Of a stretch of DNA of 64,000 nucleotides, positions 18,593 through 28,912 are shown piece after piece. Both the position numbers and the translations under genes were made by a program. The first letter of the stretch is position 1; the number at the start of each line of letters is the position of its first letter. The notes beneath the pieces are model-generated. The model worked only from the letters and a program-made list of their open reading frames with translations, made no database searches and was not told where the DNA came from. The stretch lies in the NCBI GenBank assembly GCA_965208675.1, contig OZ242351.1, positions 768,001-832,000 of the forward strand, in the 5' to 3' direction. The stretch comes from Candidatus Poribacteria bacterium (lineage in GTDB: Bacteria > Poribacteria > WGA-4E > PCPOR2b).

Positions 18593-18881
18593 ATCTTCCT
18601 TTCCAATGCGTAATGAATGCTTAACGTGAATCTATAATGTGTATTGAGTTGGATTTTGAGGATGGTGTGGACAAATCGTGGATAGCATCACGTGTCGTGG
18701 AAAACTTTGGCTTCTTCATGTAAACCTGAGGACTAGAGTGTGGTAAGTGACTGACAGTAATGACTGAATTGTTTAACTAGGTCTAAAATTGCTTAAGGGA
18801 AGGACATAGGCGGAAGTTGGATAGAAACCTGGGTATTTGGGGACCCACTAACAACTTTATCAGGCGGAAAGGTTTTGAGTC

Positions 18882-18929
18882 ATTGCATTGAGACCAAGCG
18901 AAGCCGTATCCGCTTGGTCCCAACGCAAT
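18882..18929 (-). other. Long RNA hairpin with G-U pairs on the minus strand, downstream of a LamG gene
   Basis: Minus strand ATTGCGTTGGGACCAAGCGGA-TACGGC-TTCGCTTGGTCTCAATGCAAT forms a 21-bp stem in which all 3 non-Watson-Crick pairs are G-U. Confidence 0.6.
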
Positions 18930-18997
18930 CTTATGCTCAAACAGCACTCGTCCTTAACGAGTTTCTGTTTTGATGCGCTTGGTTGAGACGAAACCGC

Positions 18998-19768
18998 TCA
19001 CTCGCGGGCGCTCTTCAGACTACCCCACGTAACCACCAGGGAACCCTCTGGCGAAACCGAAGTGGGATTTTCAAGCAACGTCATAACGTCTTCGGCGCTA
19101 AAGGCGCGGCCGTAAAAACGTACATCGTCGAGACTCCCAACCATACATTGAATACCCATATGGCCAAATCGAATTGGAGACTGCTCGACAGCAACTCCTT
19201 CTGGTTGGGCTGTGCCATCCAAATTACCGTTGACGTAGTGTGAAATCATATTTTCATCGGCGTTATAGGTGCCTACGATGAGATGCCATTCGCCTAACGC
19301 CAGCGGTTCGTCTTTCCAAGGGGTGCCTACCCACGGGGGAGCGTCCGACGTATTTTTGACTTCAAAACGGCCCCTGCCGTGGAGAACGTCGAGATTAAAC
19401 TGGTTGCTGAAAATCAGCCTATTTTCAAACTGGGGCCATTCGCCGCCCATTCCAAGCTCATCCGGCCGAATCCAAGCTGCGATGGCAAAACTCCCTGTGA
19501 AAGTGAGGCTTTCAGAACCGGGTACTGAAGCACTGCCTGTGTTATCGGTGAAACGGATAGCCTTGCCAAATCTGCCATCATCTTCCCGTACTGCAGAACC
19601 GAGATTGCCAGCGTTATCTCCAACCGAGTCTTCGAGGACGTCTCCATCTCCTTCAAACTCATAATGCGAGATGAGTCCCTCGTGCAACGCTGCAAATACC
19701 AGAGAAACCGACGCTCCCAAGAACAGTACAAGTGCTGAAAATAAACTCAAAACCAACACACGTTGCAT
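18998..19768 (-). CDS. Secreted LamG domain protein with conserved C-terminal tail
   Basis: Signal peptide; GLISHYEFE, EWHLIVGTY, GSLDDVRFYGRAF; tail SVSPEGSLVVTWGSLK. Confidence 0.88.
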   Translation of the reverse strand: MQRVLVLSLFSALVLFLGASVSLVFAALHEGLISHYEFEGDGDVLEDSVGDNAGNLGSAVREDDGRFGKAIRFTDNTGSASVPGSESLTFTGSFAIAAWIRPDELGMGGEWPQFENRLIFSNQFNLDVLHGRGRFEVKNTSDAPPWVGTPWKDEPLALGEWHLIVGTYNADENMISHYVNGNLDGTAQPEGVAVEQSPIRFGHMGIQCMVGSLDDVRFYGRAFSAEDVMTLLENPTSVSPEGSLVVTWGSLKSARE

Positions 19769-19861
19769 ATATTTTCCTCCAATTGTTTAGTTGCTCAATT
19801 TCAAATTGAATATCGGGTCAAGAAAATCAGCGCACCAGCGAATCTGTTCCCCTGCCCGTTT

Positions 19862-20656
19862 TCACCATTTACCTTTCAGGTTTGCCCACGTCGTTGCGAG
19901 CCTACCCGAAGGCGCTACTGCCACAAAAAGCCTGCCGTCCATATCGCTTCTAATCTCGTCCTGCGTAAGCACGTGGTTGTAAAGTGCGACCTCATCCACA
20001 GCGCCGCCGAAGAACTCACCCGGTGCGTGGACTGAGTGGCTGCCGACCACAAAATGAGGCGATCCCTCGAACGTGGTGTTTCCTATAATTGAACTATCGT
20101 CGTATATCAATTCACCATTCAGATATGACTTTCGTGCCGTCCCATCAAACGTCATGGCGATGTGATACCAAGTATCGGGTTGGATTTCGTTTTCGGCTTT
20201 AAATTCGCTGAATGGCGGGAACTGCCGATTCGCCCCTTCAATACTCAGCCAACTCAGGAATTGTTTCTTTTCGATGCCGATTTGGTGCCCAACCCACGGG
20301 TTGCCCCAGACACTTGTGTCTCGGTAGGGTATACCGGCTGCAAACTGAATGGGCGACGGATTACGGACGGTCACCCACGCTTCCAGCGTTATGTCCTTCG
20401 GCAATCGCAAATTGGGATGATCGTCGAATGTAATCATACCGGATTCGCCATCGAAGTCTATAGCCGAACCGAGTTGACCCTCGACCCAAACCGCGCCGTC
20501 ATTCAGTGTCCCTATGTATCCGCTCCCACTCTTGTCTTGGGTGGTATTTCCGCCGCCTTCCTCAAAAGGAAGATAGAGGAGTAGCTCCGCTATGCCAGTC
20601 CCAACAAACCCTGCTAGGAGCAACACCAGTCCACAAACTACAATATTCGACTTCAT
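19862..20656 (-). CDS. Secreted LamG domain protein with conserved C-terminal tail
   Basis: Start reassigned to MKSNIVV (20656); LLYLPFEEG.G, WYHIAMTFDG, GAVDEVALYN; tail AVAPSGRLATTWANLK. Confidence 0.88.
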   Translation of the reverse strand: MKSNIVVCGLVLLLAGFVGTGIAELLLYLPFEEGGGNTTQDKSGSGYIGTLNDGAVWVEGQLGSAIDFDGESGMITFDDHPNLRLPKDITLEAWVTVRNPSPIQFAAGIPYRDTSVWGNPWVGHQIGIEKKQFLSWLSIEGANRQFPPFSEFKAENEIQPDTWYHIAMTFDGTARKSYLNGELIYDDSSIIGNTTFEGSPHFVVGSHSVHAPGEFFGGAVDEVALYNHVLTQDEIRSDMDGRLFVAVAPSGRLATTWANLKGKW

Positions 20657-20696
20657 TGTATACGTCCCATTTTGAAATCTCGATTTGTGCAAATAT

Positions 20697-20933
20697 CCTC
20701 GCTTTAATCGTTTTCCACGTCGTGGCTGCCTTGCTCGATGCCGAAACGATGAGCGGCACATTATCAGGAGAATCTTTGGAGATTTCGCCTTGTCCATCGT
20801 CGAAATTTAATGCAAGAACAACGTCGCGCGGATTTAGCTGTGCGCCCGCGACGCCAATGCCAAACACCGTAGCTGCAAGAGTTGCCGCAACTAAGGTTTT
20901 CATAAAGACCGCCTTTGTCAACAAATGGGTCAT
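20697..20933 (-). pseudogene. Internally deleted LamG-family mini-gene (signal peptide, first LamG strand, C-terminal tail)
   Basis: MKTLVAATLAATVFGIGVAGA-QLNPRDVVLALNFDDGQGEISKDSPDN-VPLIVSASSKAATTWKTIKAR. There is no stop at the tail, so the frame runs on to 20562. Confidence 0.7.
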
Positions 20934-21040
20934 GGTTCAAACAAACCCATTATAAAGAACTATCAAAATAAAAACAAGTACAAATCGGCTATGTGAAGAC
21001 GACTAACCGCGCCTATACTATTGTCTTGCTGTGTATTCAG

Positions 21041-22027
21041 CTAATTGTCCGATCCTTCCACCCCTCCGCCGTATGATGTATCACCTGCTGTCCTATCTTC
21101 AACCAATCCACCCGCATCTACCCAGTCTTTGATGCTCTGAATGCTATCTGTTACGGAATAAATCGGCTCATAACCCATGCACGCTTTGGCTTTGGACATA
21201 TCGAAGGCGACTTCGCCCCCCTGCGCCATACTCCACGGGAACCCAACATCTACCTCTATGTTTGGCGAAAGACGTTTGATAATCTCAACAAATTCTGAAC
21301 CCCGCGTTGGGTTGGGACCGCAGCAGTTAAAGATTTGGCCCGCGGCGGCTGAATGCTCCGCAGCGGCGATATGCATGCGGGCCACATCCCGGTAATCCAC
21401 ATAGTGGCAAAGCTCTTCAGTGGAGAAGTGCGGGATTTCAACTCGCACCCCTTCTTCTAATTGCTCCGCGAATTTTCGCCAACCGCGGCCGCCCCCTCGC
21501 CCAAACGGACCGATGACAGCAGTCAACCGCAACACAGTCGCCGGAAGATTGAATTGATGGTAGTAGGTCAGCGCTAACTCTTCCTGCATTCGCTTTGTCG
21601 TCGAATACATGTCCTGCGGACGGCAAGGATGGTTCTCATCGACAGGCATGTAATCGGGAGGGTTAAACTTTGTTGCAGGATACCATTCATACGCGGATAT
21701 GCTACTAGCCAGTACGAAGCGATTTACTTCCATCATGCGTGCATTTTCAAGGAGGTTTTGCAAGCCGTTGACATTGACATCCACCATCTGAAGCGGATCA
21801 CCAGTGTCACCCGGCAGTGAAGCGAGATGCATGATACAATCGAACGATTTATCTTTCAACGCCAGGTTCAGTCCGTCAGCATTGGTCAAGTCTGCTTGGA
21901 TAAAGGAAATATTTTCGCTCGGCTGCGAGCGCCCGAGGGCAGTGACTGACTTCCCATTTGCCAACAACTGATGTACGACTTCACGGCCGACGTATCCGGT
22001 TACACCCGTTACCAGTACATTTTGCAT
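21041..22027 (-). CDS. NAD-dependent epimerase/dehydratase (extended SDR)
   Basis: VLVTGVTGYVG, HLAS, LASS, YSTTK (YxxxK); start at MQNVLV. Confidence 0.92.
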   Translation of the reverse strand: MQNVLVTGVTGYVGREVVHQLLANGKSVTALGRSQPSENISFIQADLTNADGLNLALKDKSFDCIMHLASLPGDTGDPLQMVDVNVNGLQNLLENARMMEVNRFVLASSISAYEWYPATKFNPPDYMPVDENHPCRPQDMYSTTKRMQEELALTYYHQFNLPATVLRLTAVIGPFGRGGGRGWRKFAEQLEEGVRVEIPHFSTEELCHYVDYRDVARMHIAAAEHSAAAGQIFNCCGPNPTRGSEFVEIIKRLSPNIEVDVGFPWSMAQGGEVAFDMSKAKACMGYEPIYSVTDSIQSIKDWVDAGGLVEDRTAGDTSYGGGVEGSDN

Positions 22028-22032
22028 TTTCT

Positions 22033-23208
22033 TCAAGCCTCCTTTGGCGGCGGGATGTAATACGGAGGAATTACCTCTTCCGTTAACGGCAGATCGATCC
22101 ACCCACCGGTCTCCATACTCTTCCAAATTGCGCACATCACCTCGACAGCGCGGGCACCATCCTCGCCGCTTACTAGCGGCGGTTTATCGTTGATTATGCA
22201 GTCCAAGAAATGTTCGGTCATGCGCTCATAGTTATTCGGCCGCCGGGGAGGGCAGATGGGTACCCATCGTTTGCGGACATGTTCGTCAATAATGTCCTCA
22301 ACCCAGAAGAGCTCTGGCCAACGGTAATCCTTCAAAATCTGGGGCAACGTATCGACTGTAAAGTCCTTGTTTGTAAAAACTGCCATAGGCCAACTCTGAA
22401 AAGGGTTTGTGGCATCTGTAGCGGTAAATATTGTTCCCTCCGTGCCGCATAATTCCGTCGCTTGGTTCACTGCCGGTGAAAATCGATTGCAGCTTATCGT
22501 GCCAAACGCACCATTCTCGAACTCAACCATGACTAGAGCGGTGTCATCGCACAGGGTGTAACTTTCCGGCATCGCTAACCGTTTGGCTACGCCGACCGTC
22601 CTCTTGACTTTGCTGTCGTTCAGCCATGTCAATAGATCGATGGCGTGCGCCCCCGTATCGTTCAGTGCCGCGCCTCCCGCAACCTCGCAGTCCAGGCGAA
22701 ACCCAGTTTTAGCTACGTGGTTTTGGTAGTTGTGCCAATGTTCGTGCAGCGAAGCCCGGCTCATTAACAAATTGCCAATCGCTCCGCCTTCAATCAGTTC
22801 TTTTGCCCATTGATTGTGAGTCCAAAAACGCCGGTCGCAACCAACCATGAGTTTCACGCCAGCATCATTGCATGCGTCAACGATTTCCCACGCTTCCGTA
22901 TTGGTTACGGCGAGCGGTTTTTCCACCACGACATTCACGCCGGCGTTCGCAGCGGCAACAGCGATGTTTCGGTGAACATTGTTCGGGGCAGCAATCACAA
23001 CCGCGTCAAGGTTAACCTTGTCAAACATAATCCGGTAGTCCGTGAACCACGCTTCTGCACCCCATTTGGCAGCAGATGACTGCGCCTGTTCTGCGTCTAC
23101 ATCACAGACTGCAAGTAGTCTCGCTTCTTTCCGCTGGTCGATTGATGGAAAGTGGGCAATCTCTGCAATGCTTCCGCAGCCGATAATCCCCATTTTAATG
23201 TCAGCCAT
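22033..23208 (-). CDS. Gfo/Idh/MocA family oxidoreductase
   Basis: MGIIGCGSIA, VEKPLA, GGAALNDTGAHAID. Confidence 0.92.
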   Translation of the reverse strand: MADIKMGIIGCGSIAEIAHFPSIDQRKEARLLAVCDVDAEQAQSSAAKWGAEAWFTDYRIMFDKVNLDAVVIAAPNNVHRNIAVAAANAGVNVVVEKPLAVTNTEAWEIVDACNDAGVKLMVGCDRRFWTHNQWAKELIEGGAIGNLLMSRASLHEHWHNYQNHVAKTGFRLDCEVAGGAALNDTGAHAIDLLTWLNDSKVKRTVGVAKRLAMPESYTLCDDTALVMVEFENGAFGTISCNRFSPAVNQATELCGTEGTIFTATDATNPFQSWPMAVFTNKDFTVDTLPQILKDYRWPELFWVEDIIDEHVRKRWVPICPPRRPNNYERMTEHFLDCIINDKPPLVSGEDGARAVEVMCAIWKSMETGGWIDLPLTEEVIPPYYIPPPKEA

Positions 23209-23253
23209 TTAACATTTCCTTACTCAAAAATTTTCCATTCCATACTCGTAGAA

Positions 23254-24165
23254 TTAATATCCCTCATCCGCTCGTGCTTGAACCCTCGAGCGGGTTGGCA
23301 TGCGGTCTATCCGAACGCCTCCGGTTTGCTCAATCACAGAGATTGCGGTAGCGCAGCCCCATTGCGCAGCCTTCAAAGGATCGGCATTTCGTAGAAATTC
23401 GGAAAGAAATCCCGCCATAAATGTATCGCCACCGCCGGTTGTATCCATCACTTTACCGCGCAGTGGTGGAACATGCCATTGTTTACCAGCGCTATGCACT
23501 AATGCACCCTTTGCGCCCATAGTAATTACGACGACGTTCGCTCCGGAATCGAACAACCGCATCGCCGCTTCAACCGGGTTATCCCAGCCGAAAATCGTCG
23601 CTGCGTCTTCATCCGAGGCTTTGACAATGTCAAAGTGTTCAGAAACCCCGCATGCCAAGTCTGAAAGCGAAGCGACCGCATCGCGATTGCCCTTGCTCAT
23701 ATGCACGCCGCCATATCCTCCAAGGTCCACCGCGCTGGTTTGTCCTAGCTTAACGACATCGGCGATATCTTCTGGAAGTACATCGTTATCCATCGGACAA
23801 AGATAGATTAGACGGCATCCGTGGTAGGGCTCAGGTATATCCGCTGCATTAATGGGAGACGCTTTGCTCGGATAGCGGATTTCCTTGTTGCCATTTTCGT
23901 CGTAAATTAACTCGGTTGTCGTCGTTCGATCGCGGGATTGCACCCCCACAGTATCGACGCCTGCGTCAATTATGAGTTGCAGCAAATCTTGCGGCATGTC
24001 GGAACCGATTTTGGTCGATATTCCTGTTGCCGTGCCCTGGCGGCTTGCTGCGACGGAGCAATAGGCTGGCGGACTCCCCAGAAACGGTCCTTTTACGCCG
24101 TCGGGGAAGTAAATCATCTCCGAAATCACATGACCGACGCAAACTAAATCAGGAGTTGAATCCAT
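23254..24165 (-). CDS. PfkB-family carbohydrate kinase
   Basis: VVITMGAKGA, DTTGGGDTFMAGF. Confidence 0.92.
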   Translation of the reverse strand: MDSTPDLVCVGHVISEMIYFPDGVKGPFLGSPPAYCSVAASRQGTATGISTKIGSDMPQDLLQLIIDAGVDTVGVQSRDRTTTTELIYDENGNKEIRYPSKASPINAADIPEPYHGCRLIYLCPMDNDVLPEDIADVVKLGQTSAVDLGGYGGVHMSKGNRDAVASLSDLACGVSEHFDIVKASDEDAATIFGWDNPVEAAMRLFDSGANVVVITMGAKGALVHSAGKQWHVPPLRGKVMDTTGGGDTFMAGFLSEFLRNADPLKAAQWGCATAISVIEQTGGVRIDRMPTRSRVQARADEGY

Positions 24166-24301
24166 TTATCACTGCGTTATTTGAATGCACTGCCGATTGA
24201 AAAAAGAAGTCTCACTGAAAAAAACTCGGTACCGTCAAAGGTTGCCGCCAAAGTCAGAGACGTAATTTTTGGCAAAGGTTTTAGTGCGTACTCAACGGTT
24301 T

Positions 24302-26608
24302 TCACGCCTTTGCTGCACGTGCCACGCGGTCAACTAATTCACCGGAGGCGCAGAATGATTCAAGGGTGTGCCCAAGTACTGCAACCGGGAAGCTACACAG
24401 CATAGTGTTATGGTAATATTCAAGACCCCAGCGGTGAAAGCCGCTTGGAGTCAACCCGCCAGGCATATCCCAAGCCATCTGCAAATCAATTACGAGTCGA
24501 TGCCAGACGCGGTGCATTAGTTCCATGCCTTGCGCACGATTCCCTTCATAGATGGCTACCATTGACGGTACATGTGTGGAATAGGACGGGTGAAGCCCGG
24601 TTGAATAGAAGCCTTCCGTATCCTCACCGCCGTCAGGCCGAATCGCGATTCTCACACCATGCGGCGTAATATTATGGCGCCATACTGTTTCGAGGACCGA
24701 CTTTACTCGGTTTTCCGGAAAAACGCCCTCTAACCCATGAAGGTGCGTAAACCACTGTCCAATCAATTGATCTGACAACACGGATTCGGAGCGTTTTCCG
24801 GTCTCCGGTTGGTGAAATAGCAAATAGGACTCGGATGATTGGTTCCAGAGTTTCCCCTCCATACAGCGGCTTCCCTTCGAGATCCACGCGCGGCAATCCT
24901 CGGCAAATGCGTTATCGCCCCGATATGCTGCCATTCGCTCAACAATGCGCAATGTAGCCAGCCAATAACCGGATACATGAACGGCTGCACCCGCCATGGT
25001 AGGCCAGTTGTCGTAATACTGATTGCTCCCTGCTACGTCAATTAAGCCGTCGTCGTCTTGATCCACTGTCTTCATAAAGTTTAACTGCGCCTTGACCGAA
25101 TCATAATACTCGTCAAGGAAATCGTCCTCGCCAGTAACCTGCCAATAGCGATCGACCATATGAATATAAATCATCCCGTCCATCGGCAGTTGCTGGTCAT
25201 ACCAAGGTTGATCCGGCTCAGTTCCTGAACCAAGCGTGGAAGGCACTTGCCCGTTACGGCGTTGGTAATGTTTAAATTGCCGCAGCTTATTGCGTGCCAG
25301 ATCGGGAAAGAATATATTCAAAGGCCATTCCCCGAACTCGTCGTTGGCGATACAAGACTGCTGAGGACAAGAGAGAAGACTCTCATTCACGCAGAAAAGT
25401 CCGTCCTCACCCCACCAGTGATGCGGATCGAGGTTTTTCAACCAGAAACTCTCCTGTGGCAGCACGGCAAACACGTTAATCAACGCATCTTTCAACCAGA
25501 TTGGCAGCCTTTCGTCCGCGTAAATTACTTCTTGCCAAGCCAATATGCGCGCCAATAAATCGTCGTGTTGCGACGCCAAATGTTCCGCAACGTCCGGCAC
25601 ACCTTGAAAGCGTGTGGCGTACATGTGTTGGTATTCGTTGAGGGTTACTTCTTCCTTTCTGCTCATTGCGCGCCAATAAGGGGCATACCAACTCAGCACA
25701 AAGTTTACAGTCCGGCATTGACCCGGTTGCAGCGCAAAGTCGATCGCGACGCTCGCGCCCGCATCAGTTGATTCGGGCGTAGGAAGGATACCACTGAGCG
25801 CGTCCCAGCCGCTACCCTCCAGTTCACCGCCAATACGTACGTCATTTTCCCCCGCCGCGCCAAGTGCGTAACTGTAAGGCATGTCTTCCCAGTTCGTGTT
25901 CACTGTAACACCTGTGAACACTCCTTCGACGTGTTTGCGGGCGTATTCGACTTGACGGACTACGGGCTGCCTCAGGCCGTGCGCGTTAAACGCCATCTCT
26001 TCTCGCCGGGGACCATGAAAACTGAAACCAAGGCTGCCCTGCTGTAAAACGCCGCTAGTATTATTCAGGCAAACTTGAAACACCGCTCCGGGGACGTTGC
26101 AACTCACTCCATCTCTTGGGAAAAACGGCGCCCATGCCCGCAGGTTGACGCCGATAGGCGCATCGATCTCATACTCCAAGTCCGCGACAGGATAATGTCC
26201 CCAATAATGGATTTGGCTAGCCGACTCAATCCCCTTTATCTGCTTCAATGAAAGAACATATGATTTGTTTCCTACCGATAAACCAAGGAACGGGAATTTT
26301 AAACTGGGGATATCGGATCTGTGGCGAGTAAAAATAACGAGTCCGTCGGTTCCGCCTCGGGCAGACGCAAGACGGTCACGCTCAAGGAATGCGTTAAAAA
26401 TCGTACTGTAGTAGTTGAGCGTTCCATCTGTACCGAGAACAATTGCCCCAGTCCCTAAGCCGCCAAGCGGAACGCCCGGATCAACCTTACCGTCGCGGAC
26501 GATTACACCGGTGACCGGCCGGGAGTACCCTTTTGCCTCGAATTCCACCCATTCCGGTCCGGGCAAATCTGTAGGAAATAGTGACATCTGTTTGACGCTG
26601 TTCGTCAT
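24302..26608 (-). CDS. Glycoside hydrolase family 116 (GBA2-like beta-glycosidase)
   Basis: GVPLGGLGTG, YWGHYPVADLEY, DQDDDGLID, NQYYDNW, DQLIGQW, YYHN. Confidence 0.85.
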   Translation of the reverse strand: MTNSVKQMSLFPTDLPGPEWVEFEAKGYSRPVTGVIVRDGKVDPGVPLGGLGTGAIVLGTDGTLNYYSTIFNAFLERDRLASARGGTDGLVIFTRHRSDIPSLKFPFLGLSVGNKSYVLSLKQIKGIESASQIHYWGHYPVADLEYEIDAPIGVNLRAWAPFFPRDGVSCNVPGAVFQVCLNNTSGVLQQGSLGFSFHGPRREEMAFNAHGLRQPVVRQVEYARKHVEGVFTGVTVNTNWEDMPYSYALGAAGENDVRIGGELEGSGWDALSGILPTPESTDAGASVAIDFALQPGQCRTVNFVLSWYAPYWRAMSRKEEVTLNEYQHMYATRFQGVPDVAEHLASQHDDLLARILAWQEVIYADERLPIWLKDALINVFAVLPQESFWLKNLDPHHWWGEDGLFCVNESLLSCPQQSCIANDEFGEWPLNIFFPDLARNKLRQFKHYQRRNGQVPSTLGSGTEPDQPWYDQQLPMDGMIYIHMVDRYWQVTGEDDFLDEYYDSVKAQLNFMKTVDQDDDGLIDVAGSNQYYDNWPTMAGAAVHVSGYWLATLRIVERMAAYRGDNAFAEDCRAWISKGSRCMEGKLWNQSSESYLLFHQPETGKRSESVLSDQLIGQWFTHLHGLEGVFPENRVKSVLETVWRHNITPHGVRIAIRPDGGEDTEGFYSTGLHPSYSTHVPSMVAIYEGNRAQGMELMHRVWHRLVIDLQMAWDMPGGLTPSGFHRWGLEYYHNTMLCSFPVAVLGHTLESFCASGELVDRVARAAKA

Positions 26609-26644
26609 GTTTTTATGTCCTTCTAAATCTATTGGCTTTGGTCG

Positions 26645-27421
26645 TTAACGATTATGAGCCGCTGCAGCCGTGCTATAGATGTTGTTTTGGGCGGGTACCC
26701 GGCGAATGTCGGAATAGGTGACAACCTTGCAGAGTTCTCGGCCGTCATCCATAACCGGGGTCGGCTTACGCAGTATGAATTCCGCTATATCGAAGGCATT
26801 GTAGCACACAAAAGCCACAGAAAACCATTCGATTGAACACTCGGAAGAACAGGTTAAGTCCGGGAACGGAAGCGGACCTGTATCTACTTGGAACAATCCA
26901 TGATCGTGATTAATATTAATCGTCTTAATTGGGTATTCAATTATTGCCCGAATGCTCTTCACTTCGTCCCAAATCGTGGTCCGACCTATCAGCGCTTCAT
27001 TCGCTTTGGTTGATTGGATAATCTGCTCTGAATTCACGAGAGCCTGGATTACCGGGTGCGTCCGTATTGTAAGATTAAAGACCGTAAACCTATCTTCGAT
27101 GAGGAATGCGGTGCGATTTACTTTATTATCGGTAATGCCGTACCCGACATTAAGGAATTCAGATTCCGACCAAATGGCGCAGTATTCGCCGCTAGGATAC
27201 TGAAAAAGTGTGTCTGAGCGGTACATCCATTCGGTACGGCAGGGAGTAATGAGAAAGAACTCCTCCGATGTCCCGTCCTCTTCATTTAGAATTTCGCAGC
27301 GGGCGTCAAGTAGAATTCGAGCACTGTTGCGAATCTGCATGTGTCCCGGTGTTCGCTGGTCATTGGGATTGGGTTCGACAACCCAAGTCATGTAAGAATT
27401 GTTAAAATCGCAAATATCCAT
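26645..27421 (-). CDS. Hypothetical protein
   Basis: Long ORF co-oriented with the GH116 gene. The start is probably MDICDF (27421), because the longer 27556 start lies in a terminator. Confidence 0.7.
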   Translation of the reverse strand: MDICDFNNSYMTWVVEPNPNDQRTPGHMQIRNSARILLDARCEILNEEDGTSEEFFLITPCRTEWMYRSDTLFQYPSGEYCAIWSESEFLNVGYGITDNKVNRTAFLIEDRFTVFNLTIRTHPVIQALVNSEQIIQSTKANEALIGRTTIWDEVKSIRAIIEYPIKTININHDHGLFQVDTGPLPFPDLTCSSECSIEWFSVAFVCYNAFDIAEFILRKPTPVMDDGRELCKVVTYSDIRRVPAQNNIYSTAAAAHNR

Positions 27422-27525
27422 GGCGAATTGCGATTCCAGAGGAGAAAGGCGGGAATTTTGATCTTGGTTCGCATCGTAAGCGAAACCGATGCTAGCATTG
27501 TATGCACCGGACAGTAATTGAGAAG

Positions 27526-27572
27526 AAAAAGGTCGGCACACGCACAGCCCTACCATGCGGGCCGACCTTTTT
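27526..27572 (-). terminator. Intrinsic terminator after a LamG gene
   Basis: AAAAAGGTCGGC...GCCGACCTTTTT, a 12-bp inverted repeat with U-tract. Confidence 0.7.
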
Positions 27573-27690
27573 GATTTGGTCCTAACTAAGACTTAACTCA
27601 TGGAAACGCGGCAATTTAGATGTTTCCGGATTCACTGCCGCCGCCAAAATGGTAACATTGAAAGATTCCGCGTGTTTTGAGTCGGAAGGA

Positions 27691-28551
27691 TTACTGGTTT
27701 TTGAGTCGAGCCCAGGTGGTGACGAGTTTAGACTTCGCCTCTACAGAAGTGAGTGATGCCAAGTTTGTGTTAGCAAGTTCGGCAATTTCATCAGCAGAAA
27801 GCGCACGGCCAAAAAGCGCCACATCGTCAATCATGCCATCAATGAATTTGTAATTGTCGACTTCACCGCCGTGTCCTCGTGATGTCCCTAAGTAAATTGG
27901 GGAATCAGGGAAAACGGCGTAAGGAGCTGTCAATGTAACCGGCTCCGTACCCGATCGGTGATGGAACCCCCACGTAACATCAGCCGGAGCTCCGTTAAGG
28001 AAAGCTTGAAGTGTCTGTCCATTGGCGACTTGCGCCATATGTATCCATGTCCCCAGCTCGTACGAGTTATCAACGTTCAACCACCCTTCCGCATTCTTGG
28101 CATCCGGTTCTTGCTCTCCGTCGACAGCGCCCTTAATATTGTTGGAGCCATACGAGAGACTAGTGTCGTTAGAGGTAATTAATCGGATGTGGAAATGCGG
28201 TCCCCAGCCGACTTTTTCACCCTTAAACATGATGCCGCCGTGATCGCCGGAGGCTCTAATGAACGCGCGGACGGCGTGCGTGAATGCGTTTTCCATCGCA
28301 TCCATAGAAGGATGGTGCGGTATTTCAGCGTAGGCATCGACGCCGTTGACGTCAAGGGCGCGTCCATGCATGCCGTCGGAATAACCGGCGCCGCCCACTA
28401 ATTTGCCGTTAGCGTTTCCCATCAAATCATTTACGTTGTCGCCCTCAAATGTCCACGCAGAAATTAGACCGTCTGTCAAGGCAGCCGAAGCGACGCTAGT
28501 CACAACGCAAAATAGCAAAATCACAAAGATCCGAGTATACAAACGTAACAT
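27691..28551 (-). CDS. Secreted LamG domain protein with conserved C-terminal tail
   Basis: Signal peptide; GLISAWTFE, WIHMAQV, GMIDDVALFGRALS; tail SVEAKSKLVTTWARLK. Confidence 0.88.
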   Translation of the reverse strand: MLRLYTRIFVILLFCVVTSVASAALTDGLISAWTFEGDNVNDLMGNANGKLVGGAGYSDGMHGRALDVNGVDAYAEIPHHPSMDAMENAFTHAVRAFIRASGDHGGIMFKGEKVGWGPHFHIRLITSNDTSLSYGSNNIKGAVDGEQEPDAKNAEGWLNVDNSYELGTWIHMAQVANGQTLQAFLNGAPADVTWGFHHRSGTEPVTLTAPYAVFPDSPIYLGTSRGHGGEVDNYKFIDGMIDDVALFGRALSADEIAELANTNLASLTSVEAKSKLVTTWARLKNQ

Positions 28552-28912
28552 TCTAAATCTCCTTATCTAGAAGTGTAATTACTAAACTAAAGTGAATTCT
28601 TTCAAATTCACGTGCCGTAAATCATTAATTGCGCTCGACTGTGGATTCAACACAATTTCGTGCAAACCGTTAATGATTGCACCAGTATTTATATCAACTT
28701 GGATGCTGCTTCCCTGCAGGCTCCGGTTTTGCGTTAACTGCACAAGCTTTTTCCCAGAATCCGCAAGCTGTTGTGGCGGAATGCCATTTTATCACACAAG
28801 AGACCCGTGAATCACCTCCTTATTGCGATTTGTTCAGTACACCACTCAAATTGAATTGTAGCAATTTGTCGCTAAGCCATGGTCTACCATGCAATTTTTC
28901 GTTCCCCTAGCG

